A stretch of DNA of 64,000 nt from Balanoglossus misakiensis (lineage: Eukaryota > Animalia > Hemichordata): NCBI GenBank assembly GCA_040954595.2, contig CM082592.2, positions 11,565,912 to 11,629,911 on the forward strand. Direction: 5' to 3'. Below, piece by piece: positions 54,028 to 64,000 of this stretch. Under the pieces are notes generated by a model. It was not told where the DNA came from. It did no database searches and saw nothing but the letters and a program-made list of their open reading frames with translations. A program made the position numbers and the translations under genes. The stretch's first letter is position 1, and each line of letters begins with the position of its first letter.

Positions 54028-54457
54028 TTACAGCCGAAATTATGAAAGGTCGCCGATTCAATATGTGATCTAGACGTCCTGTGTGCACTGAACACACGAT
54101 GTGTTTATCTAACACAAACAACAGAACCTCTCATAAAAGAGATGCGGTATCATTAGACTAATTACAGATGGTAGTCTGGAAACACGCTCCCCCTCAGAGA
54201 GAGTTGTTTACTTGGGTACGATGTCAAAGTTTAATCTCAAAGTGTATACGCTTTATGTTGAGAGTGTACCCAAGTAAACAACTCTCTCTGAGGGGGAGCG
54301 TGTTTCCAGACTACCATCTGTAATTAGTCTAATGATACCGCATCTCTTTTATGAGAGGTTCTGTTGTTTGTGTTAGATAAACACATCGTGTGTTCAGTGC
54401 ACACAGGACGTCTAGATCACATATTGAATCGGCGACCTTTCATAATTTCGGCTGTAA
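54028..54457. mobile_element. Perfect long inverted repeat (192-bp arms, 46-bp spacer); foldback/MITE-like element or inverted duplication
   Basis: 54028-54219 is the exact reverse complement of 54266-54457 (checked base by base). The ends read TA|CAGCCG...CGGCTG|TA, compatible with a Tc1/mariner-type TA target site and CAG termini (element 54031-54454). The repeat itself is certain; the transposon interpretation is inference. Confidence 0.75.
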
Positions 54458-55349
54458 TGAACCAAGATGGATGACCACAGATAATAAGCAGCTGCGTGAA
54501 CATTCAAATAATTTCATGTATTGCGGCGTTATCTGATATGAGAATAATATTCATACAATAAAATCCGTCCCTACCCAGCAAATGTTGTCTTCAAAGTTTT
54601 CCTCTCTCACAAAACAACCTCCAAAGCAGAGAATACTGTACATTGTTGACATGATGGACGATGGCGCACGACACATGAAAAAACGATATAAAACCCGTCT
54701 TTTCGCATCATGTGAAGAATGTTCTTATGGAGTATTAGATTTAATACCGAGAAATGTCAAAGCAGTGTTTAAAATTATTCACGCGTCACAAAAGAGTGAT
54801 TTTTCATTATTTAGAGACCGACCAGTTGGGAAAGGTGTCAGGTGTCCTGCGCATGTGTGGGAGCAGAGCCATTCGCCACCATCTGTTTCAGTGACAATAC
54901 TGTGTCAGTGCTGAGACTTTTGATCGGGGCTCCATCTGAAACTTTTTTACATTTCCCCCGGTATTTTTGTTCTGATATCTACTGCAGCGTCTTGTTCGAA
55001 TTTATGGAAAGAACTCAATGCGGACAATCAGTATGTTTCACTAAGCTGAATAAATTTGATCGGTTCCCCTCCCTGATGACATTCAACAGGTCTGTATCCG
55101 CCAATGACGCCCGTGACTGAACCAATCAAACAAAAAACAGTACAGCCATCGCCGAAACGACAATATATGCGTGTGAATTCTCGAGAAAATTACTTAATAT
55201 TTGCTGACGCTTAACCTTTCTACTCGCCGACGTTTAAATCCATCCTTTTACCGGAAATCATTGGGAATATAATCTAGGGCCTACTCGACTCCCAAATGAA
55301 TAAATTGGATGTTATAGACCTCAAAAAATAAACCTGTTGCTAACCTTTT

Positions 55350-55381
55350 GAGTACAATTAAGTAGAGTACAATTAAGTAGA
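55350..55381 (+). repeat. Tandem duplication of a 15-bp unit
   Basis: GAGTACAATTAAGTA twice, followed by GA. Confidence 0.85.
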
Positions 55382-58300
55382 TAAGGACCATTGGAGGTAA
55401 TTATTTTAAAGGGATGTATAGTTGAAATATGGCTCTGATATTCCACAGAAAGGTGTTTTCATGAACAGATGATAAACTGTGGGATCTGTGACCTCGTTTA
55501 AGGCATTCCATGGTTGGCAGAAATGACAAAAGAGAATCTAAAAGTCTTCCGGTTCTACTATGGTCTATCAGCAAAGAAATGCGCATGCTCAGTTCCAATG
55601 GATATCAGCCAATCTCGTCAACTTTTCGCCAGCGATCGCCCGTTTCCCATTCAAAAGAATAGGCGTACGAAACACAAGCAGATCATAGGTTATACTGTGA
55701 CCCGCCTATTGTTTCTGGCGACTAACAGTTAACGACAAGTGCTTGTCGTCTCTCCGAGACTTGAAATTACGCTCGAAGCCCAAATCAGGGCGCCAGGCAG
55801 GTTTTTTTTGTCATAACCCCCAGCCAGAGAAAAGGACTTTGCCGCCCGTGACACGATTGACTTATAAGCCATCGATCAATTGTAAGTGGCATGGGGACAA
55901 ACGAGATGAGACGATGAGTGGTTTTGTGTGTGAATAGCAAACGAAGGGCTTCACAAAAAATGCTTCAGAATGAGTGTACACTGTCGCCCCCACGGGACTT
56001 CATCCTCAAGCAGCGTTGCAAGCCGTGTTTGAAAAAGCATATCATTGAAGTATCTGTTGTTTGCATGGGTTACCTTTTCGGGAGAAGCCTCTATCGCTCG
56101 CTATCGCTCTTATCAAATTACGCCACACTTGAAACCACATCACCTAGCTTCGATATCAAATGCGAGGCATCGATAGACCGAGAGAAATGCATGAATAAAC
56201 AGATAACTCGTCAAATGATGGAAATGTTGGGCGACGCGAGCAGGAGGAGTGGGGGGGGGGGGGAGAACGCAGATCGCAGACTACAGCTAAATTGAATTCA
56301 TTGCTTTAGTTTCCTAAATAATGCCAAAAGTGAGCAACTTTGCCCGATACACCATTTAAAAGAACATATTGCTCATTGAAGAACATATACTTGTGAAAAA
56401 AGTTCGCGGCTCGAGAAAAAGAAACTCTCAAAGAATCCGCGTTCTACCACAGATAAAAGTGCAACCGCACAAGAAAAAAATAACAGATCTATGGGAGTAT
56501 ACTGAAGGGGATAAGCTGTGAATTCGGAAAGTGTTTTTCCAGGTGTGTTTATGTTTTGTTTCTTCTTAATCGTCCTTGCTCAACACACACAAGCATAGGT
56601 GTGTCTACCCGTGTACAGACCTATTCTACCCCCAGGGCTAATGTTTCAAACGACTGCATCTATGTTTGCACGCACTCAGACCGACTTCCCTGTTTTGGTG
56701 CAATATCATATAAATATCCCCCTTTGTCTGGAACCCACTTTAGAGATATATTCCTTTCACTTATTGACTGCTCTACGGTGACACAAAGGTTATGTTTAGA
56801 CCGTTTCCATAAAAGTTTCAATTGTTGGGAATGTAAATTGCAACCTAATTTGCCTTTTTGTGTAGGGTAATCATCGCATATACACAGAAGTGGGACTTAA
56901 ACGTTTTATTTTCCCCTTGAAAGTTTTCTTTGTAACGCCTCCCCGACATCGCCCAACCAAAACTTTCCGGACCTACGGTTTTTTGACTGTGTCTGTTTCT
57001 TTGCTTGCAGCTGGTCGACGGAAGACCCTTTGAGAGACTCTTTTTTCTCTTTGCACGGTCTTTGTGCCGTGTCCTTGTCTACCGTCGATTGATGCAATCT
57101 CTCTCAGATATTCGCTCGGGATAAAAATTAAAGCAAATCAGGGTACGCGTGGTTGGGCAATAATTTTCCGTATGGCTGGGTCTTTTCAGCCGACCCATTC
57201 ACTCTTTTTTGCTTACATTTTGCGATTGTGCGCTACTCGAACCGCCCGCTGGATCTGACATGTCATCTCCGAAGCCCCCATCTCGATATAATAACCGTCC
57301 TTCACTGACAGGGTTTACCTGAAAAGCGAAGGGGAAGGGAAGTCCCGAAAATTGGCCAATTTGACCCCCCCCCCCCTCAAGATCATATTTCATCGATGTT
57401 GACGGGGTTCGTATTCATCGCGGGCCCCCTCTTCAGTTTGCGGTGACCGTGGCTGACCAACCCCGCTCGGCGGCGATGTCATGAACCCCTCCCATTTTTA
57501 TACAAGACACAGCCCCTGACAGCGCCGTGTGTACTGAGACGCTCTAACAGCATAAGAGCTCAACGTCACACTTGAGCTGGTCTTCTCTGATACTTTACTG
57601 AACTCTTTCAATGGCCCTTTGTTCGTCTGCACAAACTTTCCCACCTTTCACTTAAAAGACCCTGGTGCTGTAGACATACTTTGAAACATCATATCAGTCA
57701 GAAAGTAAATCTACAGCAGGTTTTCTCTTGCTCACTTTATCTGCAACGCTTCACGCTCAGTTTAAGAGCTAACCTATTCGTAAGTGGGTCCACTTTTGTG
57801 ATGCCCCGCCTGTAAAAACACTTTGCTTTGATATCGCTCTCAGGTGAAAAACAGTCGCTCAAAAGCGATGTCGAAATTTGATAAAACATGCTAAAATAAT
57901 TTTTGCTGGTTCATACGATGCGGTAAATCAGCGACAGCAATCGTTCGGAATGTGCGTAAGAATTGAAACAGACGTATGTCGGCGCTGGGCCTGTAATTTG
58001 GAACAAATCAAAAGCCACTGGTCCACGCATGGATACTCAGCTCGGCTCTTAAAAAACCATACCGCCCTTTGTTGAGAACACGTCATTTGTTTTGGGTGTC
58101 AGTCACGACCTGTGCCGTACACTGTTTAGATTGTTCACACAAGCGAGACGTTAGTCGGTTGAGTGAACCAACTATCATCGCAGTCATCAGCATGGCCAAT
58201 TATTGCCAAGCCTAGACCTCCATTTGATTCCATTTATTTTTGTTTTATTTTCCCGCCTTCCCTCATGGGTTTCGGACAATTTTCGGGGGTATCTCTGACA

Positions 58301-61300
58301 GTTTTCGTTCTGATAGGCCAAAGTATCCAATTGTGGTCTGAATTTAGGTAGCTTTGACTATAGTCCCCATCCCAGCTATACCTGGACTGCACATTCTGCG
58401 CTTGGTAGATGGTAAAAGGCCTACATCAAGTCCAGACGACGCTATGCTTTCAGTTACAGCCCAACCCTTTTCGGCCGGAGATACGCGCAACATCTTTCAA
58501 GACGTCTTTTGAAACATTACAACAATGCCCCTGACCATCTTGTCATTCTTCTGAAATTTTCAGACCACTTTCCGGATAAAAATGCTTTCAAGTCGAGAAC
58601 AGTAAGATTTGGTGCTCTTTTTTCCGAACAATGGCAACACCGAACAGCTCTAGATCAATTGAAGGTATAGGCCGTGTGGCTCTTGTGTATAAACCCAATG
58701 GGTGAAATTGCAACCTCTTAAAGTCTGTTACCTAAGAGACGGATGGAAGACCGCCAACCTCGCGTGTTGTAAGCTGAATGTATTCCCAACGTGTTTTTAA
58801 ATATATGAAATAAACAGTTTTATAGCATTTTAAAAGACTAGGCAAATTTCTCTGAAATCGCGATATGATCTACGAATCTCAGGTGATAAAACGTTTATTG
58901 GCACATCCGCGTTATCAGTTTAAGGAGAATCTCGCGCTTTCTTTTCATTTTCTTTCTGGAGAATGAAATCATTGACTTTCAATTCTTCAAACCAGGAAAA
59001 ACTTTTGGCTGCATGGCCGATGCTGCTGTTGCAACCCCTTACAGAGGAAACCACCCCGGGGACATTTCATCTAACTCTAGTTTGCCACCCTCGGCAGTTG
59101 AATGCCCGATGAGAGTAAACATCGATGCGTAATCCTGATTTGGGAATCGGCCAAAAAGTTTTAGGCGTAGTTGCCTGTAAGTGGAAAACAGTTCATCAGA
59201 TAGAACTACCTCGAGGCGTGGTCGGTCACACGGTATGCTAAAAGCCGCAGCGAAACATTCTCCCAAATTCAAAACTATTGTTCACCCCCTTTTAGGCAAC
59301 CTGAAACCTGGTGAAAAATATTACATTTCTGTTTATGAATACCTCAGATGCGAGACGCGTATGATATATTTATGTGCCAGGGTGATCTCCATGACAACCA
59401 GCGAAACGGTTAGAGTCTCGTTTGGAAATTACACCACCGGGCGCGGTCACAAAATATTTCTATAAAGCAGCCGTAAAGGAAAATAAACAAATAAGAATAA
59501 AAAGGGGAACCGACTGTGTAAACTGGTCAAACGGTAACCTTTTGTAGCGGTCACGCTTTGTGTATGTTGTCCTATGTATATGCTAGCGCCCGAATTAAAA
59601 CTATTTGCAGTGATAGTTTTAAAGTTGGCAGAAGTCGCGTCCCGGTAGGCTTAGATGTCTGCAAACGGAGAGCTCTAATTTTTTCATGATTTCTGTATTT
59701 TGAATTTCTTAAGCCATCAAAGTTAATTTGTTTGCGTAATAAAGAAAAAAAACTTCTCAAAAACTTTCTCAGAACTTTTTTCAACAGCGCGCATGCTGAA
59801 ACTTTCAATAAATCGTCTTCGTTTTGTCACCTGTGACGATATCATGGTGCTGTTCAATTTTACGAAGTTGTGTACTCGGATACACGCAACACGTCGGAAT
59901 GAGCTACCTCTTTGTCACGGCAGAAATTCGGTCACTTTATTTCTGTGATTAAACAGTTTAATGAGGGAATCTCATGATTTTTGTCATACCAAGAGCATGA
60001 TTTTCTCTTAATCCTATTGGTTGCATGTTTAGCTTTAACTAGGAGACACTAACGAGACATTGAATATTGGAGGAGAGAAAGCCAAATAGCTTCTAAATTG
60101 CCCCATTGTACATTCTTTGAAGTCGTATATGGAGGTAGCGAAGTGCACCGAACACAATTGGCCAGTTAAAAGCGCCATTCGCGGCAAAGCGCTAGATTTG
60201 AGACTCACAAAAGCGCCCTGTTCCAACTAATTTGACGGATCCAAGGTTGGGCCGCTTGCACCCTTTGTGAGCTCCGGTGTGGGAAATTTAGCAATAAAGG
60301 CGATGCAGGATGCAAAGTTTCACCGTCTCGCCACTCACATAATTACAGCGCCCCTTGAGACAAGAAGGGAGAAAAACTCGGCCGGTGATCACGGAGGTGA
60401 AGACTATTAACTTGTCTGTCAAGATGAGGAAAATGGGGAGAAAAATTCTCGGCATGTTTCAATGAAGTTGTTTGTCGCTTGTAGGAAATACTAACGAATG
60501 TCTTTAACTAAACGGACATCAGAAATAGCGCATTGTTGAGCGTTATTCATTTTCTCCGCGAGACCAGGAAAGCTGGTCCGACTCACACCGTTCATGATCG
60601 CATGTCCTGCATTTACAAGTGGTTTAGCATGGGCTTATAAGTTTAAAAAGTCGCCAACCAGGAATCGTACTGCACAAAACTCTCTACAGAGAGGTATTTT
60701 TTGAGATTCCGTGGCGATACACAGCTGGTAATTATGCAGTAATCAACACCATGTGATTACGTGTGAGTCTACACGTAGCACCTGGTAAACTATTCAGGGA
60801 GTGGGCATGGCTCTGGCTACCCGGACCCGTTCTCGAATCCTAATTTGACAGAGGCCCGAAACAAGAAGTACAAAGGACATTGCATATAGCAGTTGTGGTT
60901 TTGAGCTTTTAGTTGTTTTGGTTCTATGGACATACCTACAACGAGTGTTTAAATTGTCCCTCAATTCTAAAATACAAACACCGTGTGTCTGCCGACACCG
61001 TGACTTCTGGGGGAGAGCTCAAAGACAAAATAGTGCGGTGACGTGAACACGCACCGATGATTTACCGCCATACATCAAGCGCCGAGATTATCTTTACCAG
61101 TTTCACTTCAAAGACTTGCGGACATAATAAATTAGTAGTTTACTTTTCGCGGCCCTTTAAAAATTTATCAGTTGTCTCAAACGTACTGGTGTCTACCTTT
61201 TATCGCTTGAAACTTTTCCCTAATACACCATATGCTTTAAATAGTGAGACAGAAACAGCCAATATGTAATGTTGTGTTGTGCCAGTATATTGGGCTAGAC

Positions 61301-61594
61301 TGACCAATCTTCGAAATTTGTCCTACCCCTGGCCAACCATTGACAGTGTGCCAAGATAAACCACCGGTTTGCTTTCCTAAACGATTAACTCTGAAAATAA
61401 AGGGCGTGACTCTGGTAATATTGTCGTAACTTTTTCTGTTGAAGCTCTCAGTTTAAGTTTCTCTATCTAAACATTAATCTAGGGGCTTACCGATTTATTT
61501 GTTACTTTTCTGCCTTCATTGCCACAGAGTGCGACTCGGCTGGCCGCCAACACAGCCAACGGCAAAGTTTAAAGCGTGGAGTTGTTTGCAGCCT

Positions 61595-62025
61595 GCTTAT
61601 CAAAACTTACAGTTCTGTCTTGTCACACTATTATATGCTGCTTTATTTTGACTGTTAACATGCCCAGCCATGAATGAAGATAACAACAGCCTGGTTTTTT
61701 GTTGGGAAAGTTGTTGACAAGACGGATGGCCAATATGGCATCATATGATAGGCAGCTTTGCTCTGACTTTTTCTTCCGACACGAGTTGGCAAGAAGTATA
61801 TGCGACCGCACCCCTAACAACATCGAGAAAAGTGGGCATAAACTGAGAGAACTACTGGATTACGCACTTAAAGGGGAAATGGTTTGCAAAGCCAATCCTT
61901 TGCTTCCCAAGAACATACACATACTTCCCAACATACACCGAATGTCACACAGACAAGATGATGACACCGCAGCAAAGTGAATTCACAGATCGTTTGTGAC
62001 CAGAAACACGTGCGCAGTGAGAGTG
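61595..62025 (+). mobile_element. Possible highly decayed RTE-clade LINE 3' fragment
   Basis: Frameshifted motifs appear in the expected order: TLLYAALF*LLT at 61625-61660 (cf. RTE LLYG.E.W.LT), SWQE, LLDYALKG...PRTY, and D-RNT(W)R near 61998-62015 (cf. DR..WR). Recognised by eye only. Confidence 0.3.
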
Positions 62026-63127
62026 AGAGCCAAGCAGGGTCAGAGGTTACGAAAAGTGCGATAACAATAAACACGCCATCATGCGTTCCGTGAACGAGAA
62101 AAATATGCGCCGTCCCAACTCATATTTCTACGCAAGAGTCAATAACCCACTGTGACCAAGCGATATGAATTTCATTTGCACCGAACGGCAATTGAGTTTT
62201 AATTTTCCTCGGATCTAAAGGCCATAGGTCAAAAGTGGATACCAAAATATGCCTGTGTATATATATTATACCCTGGCAAGATTGTACCCACAATCAGGTA
62301 CAGGCGAAACAGGTGACAGAGAGACAGACAGACACACAGAAAGAGAAAGAGACTTTCTGTACATCTGCATAAGGGCAGAGGACTTGAAAAGTGCCTAAAT
62401 GATTTTTTGCTAGGGATAGGGTTAATTAGACATGCCACATTGGTGACTCAACGCCCTAATATGTCTGATGAAGTACATGATGAGTTGTGACAAGTCGTGG
62501 AGGAAGACTTGTCGCAGGTGAAACAGGGAGTGTCACGCGGAAGGCGTGTAAAGTCGAGATGCATCAGCTGCAGGCTGAAGTCTGTGCCACATTCACCACC
62601 ATCGGAATGAATTCGAGGGTAAAGCCGGACTAATTTTAAATAAAAGTTGCAGCTAATAGCAATTACTTTGTCTCGGTCGAAGCCCGTGTCTCCACGCGGC
62701 TAGGGGTACTTTCAAGATCTCGACAAATTCTGATGAGGCAGCCACCCTGACTGGCACCGTGGCTCCATAAATCAAATCTTTCTCGAAACACGTTGACAGG
62801 TGAAGGGCTCGCCGAGCTACCTGCAAACGCCTGCGTAGCTGTTAAAACTTAACGAGGAGAAAGGGCACCCGCTACACAAAGGATAGATTCGTCAAGCGCG
62901 CTTGACAAATTTCGTTAAATTCTGTCGATCCTGACAAGTGCTCATCCGTCGACAATGAAGATGGCTCTCCCGGGAGCGACAGGTTTTTAGTACCGACGAA
63001 ACTTTCTCTGAATAACGGTCGTACTTGCCCACTACCAAGCGCATCTGGAGAGTCGTAAAATCCACATCTACGATACACCTGTGGGTTTTCCGAAGAATGA
63101 TTCAATATTTTTTTTTGTATAAAAAAG

Positions 63128-63408
63128 TCACGTTACCATTGAAACTGTACGGACGCAGAGTAAATATCGAAGTGGTTATATACATACATGACCGATAGTA
63201 AGTGGAACAGTTATTTCACCATTTTTAGCGAGTAGAACAAGAAACTGTAGATGCACAGACAAAAATGGTGAAAACATCATCAAATGTTTCATCTACTGTC
63301 CCTTTTACTCAGAAATGAAGTTGACTATATTTACTCTGTAAACTGACATGGCGGCATAGCAAAATACGGAGTAGGGCCTAACGTACGGAGGTTTGAAGGT
63401 AAAATGTT
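63128..63408. mobile_element. Degenerate palindromic (MITE-like) relic
   Basis: Nested inverted matches around ~63245: TTTCACCATTTTT (63214-63226) with AAAAATGGTGAAA (63261-63273), and CAGAGTAAATAT (63156-63167) with ATATTTACTCTG (63327-63338). Imperfect pairing between ~63194-63209 and 63285-63300 and in the outer flanks. Confidence 0.55.
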
Positions 63409-64000
63409 TAATCGTACTAAAGGGTGTGAATATATCTCACTTGGCTCGCTGCGCCTACTTGGACTTTCGCGAGTGTAAAAATTACGGAACTCATAAACGA
63501 GGCTAATTTAACAGGGGTCCCTTTTAAAATTCATCCTTCATTCTGCAAAGAAAAAAAACTGAGTCAGGCGGCGCTTGCGTCTCGACAGCTTGCAAAATGT
63601 AGCTTTGTGCCGTCTTGGAAACACGTATAGCCTGACATGGAGACAGAATTTACGTATTCAGTCTGCGAGTACACGGTGTACTGTACAAAACGACTCTTTC
63701 TGCTCAAATCCCAAATTAAATTTGATAAAATCTTAACTACTCGTGCATTTATTATTGCCCGAAATTGAGAATTATGGCCAGTAATCGACGTAATAAAATA
63801 AAGGGCAACGTACACGTACTTGTTTGCCTCGTAGGATGCTATGTCAAGAGTGCTGTCTGCCGATAATAAATTATTCAATTTTTTTATGGCGAGAAACGTG
63901 ATGTCGTTCCAACTGCGTCAAATTTCGGGGGAATGTTGAGCATACATCGGCGGGATATCGAGCATATTTACTTATTTTCAGAAGGGCTTTCAGAATTCTG

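Noticed and set aside
1-64000. CRISPR array, prokaryotic operons, rRNA or tRNA genes
   Set aside because: No regularly spaced direct repeats, dense ORFs or structural RNA signatures; the spliced homeobox gene shows this is animal DNA.

Overview
This is eukaryotic (animal) genomic DNA, AT-rich with no obvious CpG depletion. It is most consistent with a non-vertebrate bilaterian, plausibly an invertebrate deuterostome (inference only). The only well-supported protein-coding gene is a minus-strand LIM-homeobox gene of the Lhx1/5 (Lim1/lin-11) class. Four coding exons can be reconstructed with canonical GT-AG sites and consistent phases: 17608-17436 (LIM1), 17029-16824 (LIM2), 12215-11647 (long low-complexity linker plus homeodomain residues 1-46) and 1578-1392 (end of homeodomain plus conserved post-HD motif). 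Together they give 1135 nt, about 378 aa. The last exon appears to lie beyond the left edge. The ~46 kb upstream has no credible intact CDS and looks like a developmental-gene regulatory desert with motif clusters, microsatellites and transposon relics. The most notable items are a perfect 192-bp-arm inverted repeat (54028-54457), a distal exon-like cassette (39558-39864) that could splice in frame to exon 2 and give a LIM1-less isoform, a Su(H)/CRE-dense block at 27-32 kb, and Hox-TALE and nuclear-receptor site modules. No prokaryotic features, CRISPR arrays, tRNA or rRNA were seen, and I cannot demonstrate a new biological system from sequence alone.
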